Below are positions 26,581 to 41,068 of a DNA stretch of 64,000 bases, one piece after another. The DNA is taken from positions 83,576,001-83,640,000 of the forward strand of contig OX597816.1 of assembly GCA_951406725.2 (NCBI GenBank), written 5' to 3'. The translations under genes and the position numbers were made by a program. Every line of letters begins with the position of its first letter. Position 1 is the first letter of the stretch. The stretch comes from Octopus vulgaris (Eukaryota). Under the pieces are notes generated by a model. That model made no database searches. It saw nothing but the letters and a program-made list of their open reading frames with translations, and was not told where the DNA came from.

Positions 26581-27170
26581 TTAAATAAATTATAATTATT
26601 TGATTGAAAAAAAAAAGAAAAAGCGGAATTGAAAGAATCATAGGGAGAGAGAAATGATAGAGAAACTCGAAATTTCCAGAGTCAAAGATATTCGGTGCAC
26701 CATACTAAAATACATAATGAGACGCATGAAGCATGAGTGCCTCAGATTTTCCATGTTTGATATCAGCAGGTGAAGAGCGAGGTATTGATTATGTTGTGAC
26801 TCTTGATATGCCACAATATAATGACAACTGGGGATAAAAAAAAAGGACCAAATTGAAACAATACGGAAGATATAGTCAACCAAATATTTGAAGGAGGTGG
26901 CTAGGCATGGACTCATTCCAATGACTGTAACCAGAAACCAGTAATCAAGTCATATGATAATAGTATAATGATAGCAGTCTCTCGTAGTCCTAGAGAGCGT
27001 GCTTCATATCAGCAAATGAAAAGTGATGAAATTTTGTTTTATGGTTTAATAAATCGATCTCAGTAACGGGGATAGATTGTCGCACCGAAAAATGTAACGC
27101 AGAATTGTAAAAATAATTACGAAATTGTCCATAAACTTGATGTATTCAATGAAACTATTTTGCAGCCATA

Positions 27171-27225
<55 letters not shown>

Positions 27226-29014
27226 AAGAGAGACGGACCCCCGTCAACGTAGACTTACTGCTATATAAAACAGAGCTAACAGTGTAAAGGAATAGCTATT
27301 AGCCTCTTTCTTAACTATTACCAACAACATAACCTACTAAGAAATGCCTATGTTGTACTTATAGCAAAAATATCAAGTAAATTTCCATCAACTCACATTC
27401 TGCCATTTTAGAAAAATAATGACTGTGCAATGTAGACCTTGAAGAAGAGGTTGAGGGTTCCTCGTTGACCTCAACCAGAGTTAATAATAAACGACAACGC
27501 AAGATATACTTACTAACTGAAAACAGTATCGATGTTTTAAAGGAAGTGCCATAGTCTACTATTTTTAGCATCTCCACCATTTTATGACTTATATTAACAT
27601 GCTATTAGTTGCCCCAGTAAGATCACACAACCTAATGACTGCAATTAGTACATACGAAGTATTATTTAGAGATCTCACGCGAACCATTGTTTTTTTTTTG
27701 GTTTTTTTTTGTCAACTGCCAATCTGACAATATATCGACATCAGCCTGAAATGACGTCATATTTCAGAGAAGTATGACAATGTTTGTATCGAACGTTGTT
27801 TTTTTCTTTTTCTAATGCTATGATATTAGCTGATCCAATATCACCAGTCTCCGATAACAGGAGTCATATTATCAACCCGGAGGTCAGATAGAAACTTAGA
27901 CGTGCTCCGCCAGTAATCTAACAATTTGCCGACCCTGCTCTGAATGTTGTCACAATTTTAGAAAGATATAAAATATTAATGTTGTTCTATAATATACGCT
28001 ATCAAATATGTAAAAAGCAAATAAACTACGAAAGATATTATGATTCCCGCTCACTGAAGTCCTATAGATTCTGAGAGCTTGAATTTTCGTTTTGATACAT
28101 GTAATGCAGTAAGTTGAAGAAAATAAAAAAGAAAATATAAATAGTAAAAATCTGTTTTTTTGTTGTTTGCCTGTTATTTTTTTGTGGGCTATGTTTTATA
28201 ATGTTGTCTTAAATATATTTTCTGAAAATAACAAACAACTATATGTTGTTCTATTTCATTGCTCATATTGATTATTTGATAGTTGCGACAAGAGAGACAC
28301 CAAAAAATACAATAGATAATTTAAAATAAAAATTAGAATGAGATGAAAATTACAAAGAACAATAAATAAACGAATGAACAGATAAAATAAAATTACAGTA
28401 TTTTTTTTCAACGAGAGAATTTTTATTTCAAAATCTCAAGTTGTTGTTGCTTTAAAAAATATGTTTATCACATTATATATTTATTTATGTATGTTTTATG
28501 CTATTTACTATTTCTAGTTCTATAACATCTCTTGTCGATCAAAATATACGATTAAACTGGATATAAAGCAGCCATTTTGAAAACACAGATAAACAAATGT
28601 AGCAAACACACAAGAACAGGATAACACAAAATATGGTTATTTTGTTACGAATTAAAAGCGATCATGTTGTATGAAGACAGAAAAAAAGCTATATTTATAT
28701 CTACATGTGTTTATGTGATTGTATGTACACATGTGTGCGTTTGCATGTGTGTGTGTGTCTGTGCGTGTGTGTAAGTATATATGTACTGAGACATTGTATG
28801 AATGTGCAAGCAAACCACAACATCTATAAAAGTACTCAATGCAAAAAGTATGGAGAAGCAGAAAAATATGAATAAGATTGTCCATTAAGAATTTCTGAAG
28901 AATCGCAAACTGAAACTGCAATATAATTGTAATACTGAACCATTTCAGTCATTGTTATTGTTCAGGTAACTGCTTGGAATTGAACTCGGAATCTTGGGGT
29001 TAGTAGCCCGAACT

Positions 29015-29056
29015 CACCTGAAGAAGCCTGGAGGGTGTATCAGCCGAAACGTTGTG
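29015..29056 (+). ncRNA. Minimal hammerhead ribozyme fold
   Basis: CAC CTGAAGA A GCCTG gagggtgtat CAGCC GAAA CG TT GTG: canonical core, 3-bp stem I, stem II with one mismatch, ACGT palindromic stem III. Confidence 0.6.
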
Positions 29057-29337
29057 TTAACAACAAAGATGAGGACAAATATCCGTCGAATGTAAATAAT
29101 GTAAATAATGTACATTTTAGTCATGTTCGCTATTTGGTTCCCCACCCCGCAACACAAATACGCTCATATACTTTCTTGTATGCATATAAGTTTATATACT
29201 ATATACATAAACGGTTACTTATGCATATACGTACACACACACTCCACACTCAAACACGCACACATAGATACACACACACATAGATACATACACACATATG
29301 TATTCTCATATTTGTATTATATAATATCATAATATAG

Positions 29338-29373
<36 letters not shown>

Positions 29374-29599
29374 GAAAACATTTATATACACATCATATAT
29401 AGATAGGTAGATAGATAGATAGATAGATAGAGAGTGAGAGAGAGAAAAAGGAAGAGAGGGTTAAGGAAGAGAGATGAGCTAAAAGCATGCTTGAATGCTT
29501 GTATATATGTGTGAGAATGTACGTAGTTATATATATATCCCCACACACATATATAAATGAACACACACACTCACAGACACATGCACACACAAACAAACA

Positions 29600-29648
<49 letters not shown>

Positions 29649-30231
29649 ATGCATATATATGTATATATAAGTGTATGTAAACATTGATAGCTAATCTGCC
29701 ATAGAATTACAGCAAAAGTGTGTATTTCAATATCAGTAAAAATCTCTACTTTTATACAATTGACATTTAAACAGAAACCTATGTGTTGAGAAGAGACTAA
29801 ATGTAATTATCAATTTTTATGGAGTAGCCACGCGATAATATTGAAAAAAGATATAGAAGCGTCAATTCCAAAGTGAAGAGAAGTAGATAGCAGTAATAAT
29901 AAATTGCTTTTAAAAATAGAAGATTACAGCACTCAGTGAACTTGTGATACTACGTTTTCAATTCTTAGTCGAGTTTTACTCATTATAATTAATTACTTAA
30001 CGCAGATTTGTTCCGATTCAGAAGAGATATGATTAAAAGTGTGGCATTCATGACCATCCTATCATAATATATGCTTCAGTTTAAACATAACTAAAATTAG
30101 GAGAGTATTGTAGTTCGCTTGAAGCATTGTGTATTGTTTGTAAAAAATAGTGTGTCTTGGATAGCACAACAATGCACTATAATAACAACAATGGACTACA
30201 ATAACTGTTATAATGCAATTATCCCTAGTCT

Positions 30232-30273
30232 GATGCAATATTTCGGAGTATAAAAATTCCTTCTTCAGATATC
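30232..30273 (-). ncRNA. Decayed minimal hammerhead ribozyme fold
   Basis: Minus strand GATAT CTGAAGA A GGAAT ttttat ACTCC GAAA TA TT GCATC; core intact, one mismatch in each stem. Confidence 0.45.
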
Positions 30274-30769
30274 CCTAGGAATCGGTTTTCCAACGGTTTT
30301 TTTTTCGGAAGCGTCGCTGTAGTGGTCTCAAGAAGCTCCTTCCGGAATTCCTCATGAGAAGTGCGTGAGGGCGGCCATGTCTCAAGCGCGTGTGTGATGC
30401 CACATCCGTAGCGCTGCTTCTAAGCTATATATCGTACGTGCAGTTTCCTTTACCTAAAGCATTGTCCTCTTTCCTTTTTTAAGAGTGTGGAGCAGGATTT
30501 TTAAGAACTTTTACCACTATTTCTAGCAGAGCCAATGAACGAGGATTGTTTATTATATGAGTTACAACCACCATATTTCTCCTTAATACATTATATATAC
30601 ATCGGTTGAAAACTCCAAAATAGGAAAGCCAATAGCGGTAATGGTAGTGATGGTTTTGAAACAGACCGTCGTGTTGGGGTGCTTGTGGTGATGATAACGG
30701 TGATGGTGGTGAACATGAGGAAGGTGGTGGCTTCGAGCAACTGTTTAGCTGTTCGCATTCTTTGAACTA

Positions 30770-30977
30770 TACGAGGGCGCGGTGAAAAGTTCCTGGCTTT
30801 AAGGGTATCGCAAAAGGCCAGTCTGGAAGCCCAACCTTCAGTGTTTAGAAAAACTGAAGGACCGATGCAATAAGTGAGTGAATCTGAGAGGGGAATATGT
30901 TGAATAAAATCATAACTAACTGACCCTCCTGTATTTTCTTTTACATGAAACGAGGAACTTTTCAACACCCCATCGTA
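30770..30977. mobile_element. Mariner-type MITE, same family
   Basis: TA cgagggcgcggtgaaaagttcctgg ... ggaacttttcaacaccccatcg TA; internal sequence matches 26363-26580. Confidence 0.85.
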
Positions 30978-31064
30978 TATGTGAACTTGTGTGTGTTAGC
31001 TTGTATGAAAAGTTAGCTGGAACAGGAGTAAATAAGTACGCTTAAATATCAACATACATATGTA

Positions 31065-31111
<47 letters not shown>

Positions 31112-31366
31112 CTAAGTTTATGCATATTTACAGCAGAAATATCTAATAGAAGTTTAAATCAGCATCACATTACTTCAGGTTTTCGTGTATGGGCGAGGAG
31201 AGCAACGTCAGATGTTGAGAAACACCATATACAGCGCACACACAAACATGCAAATGTGCACATGCACATGCACTTACACACACAAATAATCTATTTGTCA
31301 AACTATACACACACACACACACACACACACATATAGTGAGATAAATAGATAGACAGGTAGACAGAC

Positions 31367-31440
<74 letters not shown>

Positions 31441-31678
31441 GAATGTCAGCATGCATAGTAATGCTTTTCTTAATTTAAAACTCAACATTACCTCGAGATA
31501 AGTTTGGTGAGTTTTGAGAGTGGATGATGTCAATTATTATGCTTTTATGCGTATTTATGTCCTAGTTTCAATATGTACAAATTTATGCACAATCAAAGGA
31601 AACGAGGATCAAAAGGAGTGAAAAATCATGTAGTAAAGAAAGGAAAAGAATGCGTAAAAAGACGGTGAACTAAAGGAG

Positions 31679-31709
<31 letters not shown>

Positions 31710-31945
31710 TCAGAGAGGGGAGAGAGAGTTGGGTGGGAGAAAGAGAGTCATAGATATAGTTAAATACATTTATCTGTTAATGAACATTCGATAATTCTAC
31801 TTTATAAAGTGAATATCAAATTCACATACCCATCTGTCTTTCTATTATATTTATCTATCGGTCTTTTTATTTCTCTGTCTTTCAATCAGCATTTCTCCCA
31901 CTCTCTTTCTCCATATGTGTCTTTGTATGTATGTGATGTGTATAT

Positions 31946-31997
<52 letters not shown>

Positions 31998-32634
31998 TAT
32001 ATGTATGTACATGCATTTCACGTTCTTGTCCCAGTTTGTATTTTTTTACATTTACATATATATATATATATATATTAGTATCTATCTATCTGTGTATTTA
32101 TCCATTTATCTTCCTATCATTCTTCATTTTATGAGTTGCTTGTAAAATTTATTTTCAAACTGCTCTCTTAATTCCTTTATTTCTTTGCTGTATACTTTAT
32201 TTTTCCCCAAATATTTCATTTCACATAGCTTTCCCGCCAGATCCATTTACCAATATTCTATAATTGACCGAAAGCTAATATCAAATCTGGCAGACGAAAA
32301 CAATCAGTTGAAATTCTAGTAAACTGAAATTGAAATGTGAATAAATAAAAGATAAACCTCAAATATTCAAACGAATCTGAAGACAAAAAAACAACGACCG
32401 CCCCAGCACCACACACCAGAAATAAATAAGAAAACAAAATTTAAACGAACAAACATTTGCATACATAAACACGCTTACACACATACACGAACAGCCAAAT
32501 ACAGATTTTGTGAGTAATTGCATACCCAATATGGTGGATATCTGAATCATTCTTGAAACATTTTTTCGTTTATTTATTAACTATTCAATGGGGAATAAAC
32601 TTATGGCCTTAAAATTGAAGACTGTTTTGTAGGT

Positions 32635-32698
<64 letters not shown>

Positions 32699-32710
32699 TA
32701 TATGAATATA

Positions 32711-32769
<59 letters not shown>

Positions 32770-33054
32770 TTGACTAAGCATAAAATCTAACATTTGCTAC
32801 ATTATTTTATGCAACATACTACTAAATAAAGGTGGGTTTAAAAACAGGCGAATAATAAAAACTACTACTTGGATTCGCAACCAAGATGAACGAAATATAA
32901 AACTATATAATGCATTCAGTGCTCTAGGTACACGTAAACGTATACATTCAACTGGCACGGCAATTCACACAGTTCTATTGCGTTGTTGTACACTTGCATA
33001 ATTATACGTACACACACACACATGTATATATGTGTGTGTATGTATAGATACATG

Positions 33055-33208
33055 CAGGCGTGGCTGTGTGGAAAGAAGCTTGCATCCCGACCACATGGCT
33101 CCAAGTTTAGTCTCACTGCGTGGCACCTTCAATAAGTGTCTTCTATAGCCTCGGGCCAAATAAAGCCTTATGAGTGGAATTGGTAAACGGAAACTGAAAG
33201 TAATCCAT

Positions 33209-33210
<2 letters not shown>
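33055..33210 (+). mobile_element. Head half of second SINE family, ends in (TA)n
   Basis: gcaggcgtggctgtgtggaaagaagcttgc...gagtggaattggtaaacggaaactgaaag. Confidence 0.78.
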
Positions 33211-33261
<51 letters not shown>

Positions 33262-33430
33262 GTAGTTGAGGTTATAAGAGATAATGGTGTCATTGAGAAC
33301 CAAAGGTGTCATTTAATGCTGAATAAGTGCTGTAGACAGACCATAGTTAAGTTCCAGATTCAGTAACATTGCGAATAAAGGGTTCAACGTTGGTTCTATG
33401 TCAGCGTGTAATAAGACAAAAAAACCCAGG

Positions 33431-33484
33431 GTGTATAGATGAAGCGATATTATTAATTAATATCCTAGAAACAGCTGTAAGACC
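33431..33484 (+). ncRNA. Degenerate hammerhead fold of the GAAA-CAGCTG-TA type
   Basis: tagatga a gcGATATT attaatt AATATCcta GAAA CAGCTG TA agac; same 3' half as the copy at 54066-54121 but the 5' core is mutated. Confidence 0.35.
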
Positions 33485-34335
33485 TTCTATCTATAAATGC
33501 TCTAATATCTATACAGCCATGGTTTTTTTTTTATCTTATTATGCAAAAAATTCTTAGAAATATATGTATATATCTATGTTTGTCTATGTTTGTAGAACGC
33601 TCACAAGGCTAACTTAGTCTATTAAAGAGATTGATCTGCGGACTTCAATTCGTGTCTTGGGATAAACTTTACACTATAAGCCAGTTTCTTGTTACCGAAT
33701 TCGACTCAGAATGCATTTGTCAATCCGAAGCCAAAACGATGAGCTTAAGTTGCCCGCGTGGAATCAGACCTAGACCCAGAACATGACTGCAGGGGAATCT
33801 CCATACGATTCTCCCGCTCTCTCACTCTACTTCTCTCTATTTCTCTGTATATGCGTATCTATGTGTGTGTGCGTGTATACACATACACGTATAGGTACAA
33901 AAACACACACACCAACACATACATACACACAGTGGCACATACACTCATATATGTTTCTTTGAACGGAACAAACATGCTGTCTGGTACATTTCATTAATAA
34001 TTTATTTTTACAAAACCAAGCTTTCTACAGAAGGAAACATTAAACAGATTTATGATATTACTTCTACATACACCACACACACATAATTAAGAACAAACAT
34101 GTGTGTGCATTGTAACCGTGTAACCGCGGTCTAATTTTTTCTTATTTAAGAGAATGATTATTCAACACAGTATGTGCTACAAGAGTTATAGATGCGCGCG
34201 CGTGTGTGTGTGCGTGTGCGTGTGTGTATGCTTGTTTGAGTGTACTCTTCTTTCACATGACTTTGTTTTTAGTATATTTTTGGACCATATGTGTGTGTGA
34301 GTGTGTGTATATATTTATGTATTTATGTATGTATG

Positions 34336-34408
<73 letters not shown>

Positions 34409-34662
34409 CTATCTATCTATATGTGTATGTATATATGTGTGTGGGTGTTTGTATGTGTGTGTATGTATCTATAGCTCTTGGTGGACCAAATCGCAGGTGA
34501 AATCTATGTGGGTGTCTTTCCGGAACATTATCTGGTTTAAAAAGCCACATCAGATGCCAGCACGGTGCTAAGGAAAGGTGTAGGTACAGGAGGCGTTCAA
34601 ACTCTGCATAAGGAATAGACAACCACCATGTGTGTATATATATATATGCATATATACATATA

Positions 34663-34721
<59 letters not shown>

Positions 34722-34739
34722 TATATATATATATATATA

Positions 34740-34803
<64 letters not shown>

Positions 34804-35006
34804 GGTATGTATGTAGTGAGGTAGGTAGGTAGGTAGGTAGGTAGGTTGTTATATAGGCAATTGAATTCAAATTTTGAAATATAAGAACTCCCAGCATTTG
34901 TATGTATTAGGATATTGATTCGGATTTGCTTTTTCTCTATCTGTTTGATCATTGGGTCGATTACATATGCTACTTACACATTGAGATCTGAGAGAAATTA
35001 ATGAAA

Positions 35007-35042
<36 letters not shown>

Positions 35043-36000
35043 GTGTGTTTGTTGTGAGATGAATTAGAGTGCAACAGATAAGGAAAGTGTGAGTAGAAGA
35101 AAGAGCGTGCAATTAAAAGAGCTCAAGTAGAAAGAGAACAGTATTTCTGTAGCTCACACTAACACTCCACTTCTACCACTCTCCTACAAGTATCAGTGTT
35201 TCAGCACTCTTCCTTTGTTTTACATATATAGGTCTTCGCATATCGGTATTTTTTATTCATTCAAATATTATTCTGGGACGATTTTCGATTCCTGCGCGAA
35301 GTTTGAGAAATAATCTCTCTTAAATAATGGTTTTATTTCAAAACAAACAGATAAACTTCAAATTCGAACTAAATTTATCTTTACTTTTTTGATGCGACTC
35401 TACTCTATACCGTCTTCTCTCTCATCCTTCTCTAATTCCATTGTCTACCCTTCACCATCTTCTATCTGTCACTCTCTCTCACTCCTTCTCTTTTTTCTCT
35501 CTCTCTCTCTCTCGTTGCTCACACGTGGCCATCGTCCATCTTTCACAAGATCATCTTTCCCTCACAAGATCATCTTTCTTTTCCTGAACGACGTTCTAAG
35601 AACAGGAGTCTTCTACGTCTTCTATCATTTCTCTTTTCAACGAAAATATTTTTCCCAGCGTTCAATATTCTCCTCTCGTTCTGGTCTAACGACCCTCCAT
35701 ATTTGTTTTCGTTCGGTTTCTTTGTATGTCTCCAGTATCTTGTTTTTGTTCCCAACTTTGACCCTCCATAAATTCAAAATTTTATTTGGGAATTTATGAG
35801 TGCAACTGTCTTCGAAGACTCGAATTGTCGTTGAATGCTCGAAATGAAGAGTAGATAGGCAGCCGACAACTGATGGCGGGTCGTTCCTCGTGTTATTTGT
35901 CCTGCTTTCCATTTCCCTCTCGTTGTTTGCGTCTTTAACTCATCTGTTTTCGTACTTCATGTTGTTTACACAGTTGGTGAAGTCCTGTACTCACATATGC

Positions 36001-36114
<114 letters not shown>

Positions 36115-36198
36115 ATGATTGTGTGTGTGTGATTGTGTGTGTGTGTGTATACACATATATGTATGTATATATACATTATTTATATTATCCATTTCCAA

Positions 36199-36253
<55 letters not shown>

Positions 36254-36857
36254 TGTGTATATGTGTGTGTATCTATGTATATTTACACGTGTATGAATTT
36301 ACACTTGAAATAAAATTAATATATGAATATATATATATATGTGTGTGCGTGTGTGTCTCTGTGTGTGTGTGCCTGTGTGTGTGTGTGTCGATGAGTGTAT
36401 TTGTATCCTACGCACACACACACACACAGATATATATATACATATGTATTGCTTATATAAGTATGCTCGCGTCTATGCCTGCATGTGTAACTGTGTACAT
36501 ACACGTTACAGAAATTAATTGCAATGCTGTATTTCATACCACAGGTGTTGATTTTGGTTTTTCATATATAAATTAGACGAAACATATCCTACAGCACAGT
36601 TCTTAGTTCGGATACATTACTTATTTATTAATGGATGAATCTTAAAATAAGACTTCATTAAAATAGTGAAGTGTTGAAAAATATTTGAATGTAGAACTAA
36701 GTGCATCATTGTTCTAGACATATTTGACTTTCATCCCCCTCCGTTCTGGAAGAGAGTAAAGTAAATAGCTATACTTCAATTTGTTGGTGCCGTTAGGAAT
36801 CTTACTATTCTTAGTTTTACCGATTCAGCTAACCACCTCTCGTTTCAGTTTCTATAA

Positions 36858-37262
36858 TTCTTTCTAATTTAGGCAAATGTCAAAAATCTTCAGTGGAAGA
36901 CGTCGTTTACATCGACCCAGTGCATAATTGATACTTATTTTATCAACTTCGAAATGACCAAAGGAAATATCGACCTCGACGGCATTTGAACTTAATAAGC
37001 CGAAAGAAGTACCGTTAAGGATTTTGTCCGGCGTGATAACGATTCTCTCAGCTCACCGTTCTACAACGTTTCAAACTTTGGCACAAGGTCACCAATTTGA
37101 ATGAGAGTTAGTGGGTTACATCGACTCTAATGCTCAACAGGGACTTGTTTTATCAATCCCAAAGTTTACCTTGGTAGCATTTGATTGGGGAAAGTAAAAC
37201 GTTGTAAGAAATGCTGCTAAGCATATTGTCTGATGCGCTGACCATTCTGCCAGCGCGTCCGT
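36858..37262 (-). mobile_element. Two older tandem dominant-family SINE copies
   Basis: Diverged matches to the diagnostic block (atcgacccag..., tcgacctcgacggcatttgaact, gccagc). Confidence 0.7.
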
Positions 37263-38691
37263 TCATGTTTTTATGAGGGTTCCAGATTTTGGCAGAGCTT
37301 CGTCGAAATGAGTACCCGACTGGTCCTTGTTTAATTGTTTTTATTTAACCCTCGAGAACTTTGATCGAGCCATTCGACCTCCCTTTTTTTTACAGTCATG
37401 ATGTGTCTAAGATTACATTATTCGAAGGAGATCTTATGTTTTAAAATATAAGTATCATATTTGAGAGAAATTTCGCTACTGATTTTTTACACTTGAGCAG
37501 ACCATGTTTATTCTCTGTTATTAACTCGTACAATACGAATTCTGAACAATGCAACTGAGAGAGCGTTGAGGTGTGTTTTTCATGCGAAATACACATACTG
37601 TAAGGTCTATATACAATAAAGTGAGATGAAAAACTTTGGTTAACTGAAATTACGCTTCCAGTCAGAAAACAAAGTTGCTCTCTAGGCTTGGTGAAAATCT
37701 GAAGTAGAAGTGCAAAAGAGATAACTAACAACTCCAGCTAATCTAAATTTATGGAAAATGAAGACGCTGCAGTTATAATGGATTTTGTCTTCAAAGCTAA
37801 CCCGTGAAAGCGATGAATATGGTTGCTTTCTCCAAAAGGTCTTAAATAAATGATGCACTCCCATTTATATACATTTTATTTTCCTAACAATTAAATTGGT
37901 ACATTTTATTGGAGTTGTCTCCCATGCTTGTTATTTTAGATTTTAAGCATCTCTGCAGGGAGCATTTGGATGCTAATTGCTCGAATAATATTAATTAATC
38001 AATAGTTCTTTCTTCAACTATATTACATATGTGAAATCCTGCCGTGACACAGGGTTTAGTTTATGTATGGCTTTTGAGATAAAACATACGGTGGCGGTGC
38101 AGCATTATGCTGTGGTGCTAGAGTAATGTGATGTGAAGTGGAGCCCTGAAAAACGAAACGGGGTGGTGTAGAGCGTTGTGGTGTGGAAGTATCAATTTTC
38201 ATCCAGCTTTTTTTTTAACGAGACCCACTCAACTCCTTGTTTTCTCATCAACGTAAAATTTAAGAAAATGATGCGAATAAAATGGATTAAAATTTAAAGT
38301 AAAACTGCATTTGTGTGTATGTGAGAGCGTATCTGTGTGTTTCTATATGTGCTTATGAGCGATAGGGTGAGTGAAGAAATAGACGTATACACACACATGT
38401 ATATGTGTGTGTATGGCTGTGTTCATCTATACGGATATGTGTGTGTGCGTATATGTGTGTGTGTGCGCGTATGTATAGTCTTTTGATTCCCATGGGAGCA
38501 TCTCCTGCCTACACATTCAACCGTTTTCGTAGGCATGCACACACACACACACACACACAAAATAAATGTGCACCGCTATATATATACACGGTCGTATACA
38601 CGCAATCACCTGTCATGCTTAATACCATTATAAATCATTCCACCTATCCACAAATCATTCACAAAACATACATACATTCATGCACACACAT

Positions 38692-38749
<58 letters not shown>

Positions 38750-39199
38750 GCATATACATAAATTCATTCCAATAAAGACATATACATGTGCAAATATGGA
38801 AACACACACAAACACAAATACATATTACATATACACACACACACATACACACACTCATACACATATATTTACAGACACACACAATCATATACACACACAT
38901 TCATGCACAAATATATACGCACGAGCTAAACCCTAAAACCCTATAACACCTTACTGCCTCTCGCCACCTCTCCCCTTCTATCTCTTTACCTTCTCTACTA
39001 CCACTATTACTCCAACAAACCCGGACCCACCCCGTCATCAGAGTTCTATGTACCCAACCTACTCACACATGTCAATCTTGATCCAACCACCACCACCACC
39101 ACTATTACCGATACTGTACTGAATCTAAAAATAAAATGAACCATTGATATAACACTTAGAAAAGTAAACAGATGTGAGTGGCTGGGCGGTATGAAGCGT

Positions 39200-39625
39200 G
39201 GCGAGTATTGGTGGTGGTGGTGGTGGTGATGGTGGTATTGGTAGCTTGTGGTGGTGAAAGGGATTTGGTGGAATTTGTGTTGGTGGTGTTGGAGGGATAT
39301 TGGGGTGGGGGATGGATGTTGGCAGTGCAGAATGGCATTGGTAGCGATGCTTGTGGTAGTGTTGGAGGTGGTGCTGATTCACAAGACTGTGATGGTGGTA
39401 GTAGTAGTAGTAGCAACAGTAGCACTAGTAGTAGTAGTAGTAGTAGTAGTAGTAACAGCATCATCATCATCATCATCATGAGTAGTAGTAGTAATAGTAG
39501 TAGTAGTAGTAGTAACAACGTCATCATTATCATTATCAGCAGCAGTAGTAGTAGTAGTGGTGGTGGTGGGGAATGGAAAGTAATTTTCGTGATAATGTCG
39601 ATAGTGGTAGTGATGATAGTTGTAT
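39200..39625. repeat. Low-complexity trinucleotide mosaic (GGT/AGT/ATC)
   Basis: Directly visible; explains overlapping low-complexity ORFs on both strands. Confidence 0.85.
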
Positions 39626-39973
39626 GACCCGCACTCTCTCCATCCCTCCTTCCCTCGCACCTCTCCCTCCCTCCTTCTCTCTCACACACACACACATACA
39701 CACAGAAATAACCAATAGACACATATACACATCTGCTTTGTCATTAAAACTTCTGTATGACATTATTTATTTGAGTTAATCGTAGAATAATAAACAAAAA
39801 CAGGGCACAGTAAATAATTTTAACAAATATATTTTTAAAAAAGCCCTCCAATAATGTATGCAATGAAAACAATAAACAAAATTATAACAATAATGGAAAC
39901 CATTTCTTCAATATCCTGTCCTCTTATGCCCTCTTTCCCCATCCATCTATTTAGCAATCTATCCATTTATTAG

Positions 39974-40081
<108 letters not shown>

Positions 40082-40243
40082 GCCTGCCTGTCTGTCTGTC
40101 TGTCTGTCTGTCTGATCTATGTCTTCTTTACTATCCAGCTCTCTGTGTGCATAAACCATAATCAGACACAAATATAAGCTCATAATCACACAGCCACAAT
40201 CACACTATTACACGTACATATACTTACACGCAGAATAATATGG

Positions 40244-40299
<56 letters not shown>

Positions 40300-40809
40300 A
40301 CACACTCATACACACACACACGGGCGCGCGCACACAATTAGACATAGATTCACACATACATGTACTCTCACACATACATGTATAGGCGTGGTCATCTTCA
40401 TTTCCACCTCGTCAATAAAGAAATGAACATTGTCCGTTACCTTCATCGCTTCCTCTTCCTGCTTTCACACCTTCTTCTCCTCCTCCTCCTCATCATTATC
40501 CCCACCACTGCTACTACCAGTATTTTAGGAAGACCTCATCAATTTCAAACTGGATTGAAATTTTAGTTTATTGACCTCTGAACAATAACAGGCTAAGGCA
40601 AGCTTGGAATTTAGTCCAATGCTTTTTAACGCAAAATAGTAACAATAATTGCAAAAGCAACAACAGCAACAACAGCAACAACAACAACAACAACAACACA
40701 AACAATAATGACCAGTAAACAATTGACACCTTAGTCTACTGTCTGTGGAAAGCTGACCCTTTCCATCATACCCAGCAAAAGAAGCAGTTTTCATATAATA
40801 ATAATAATG

Positions 40810-40932
<123 letters not shown>

Positions 40933-40933
40933 A

Positions 40934-41068
40934 TCCTTTAAGCACAAGGCCTAAAATTTTGGAGGATGGAGATAGTCAATTAAATCGACCCCAGTGTTCA
41001 ACTGGTGCTGTTTTATCGACTCCGAAATGATAAAAGGCAAGGTCAACCTCGGCGGAATTAAGCTCCAG
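40934..41068 (-). mobile_element. Partial dominant-family SINE next to (TAA)n(TAG)n
   Basis: gcacaaggcctaaaattttgg...atcgaccccagtgttcaactggt...aaaggcaaggtcaacctcggcggaatt. Confidence 0.75.

Noticed and set aside
35570-35912. ORFs with ERWEKYF resembling an RTE LINE linker
   Set aside because: Only a few residues match; no further RT motifs nearby.
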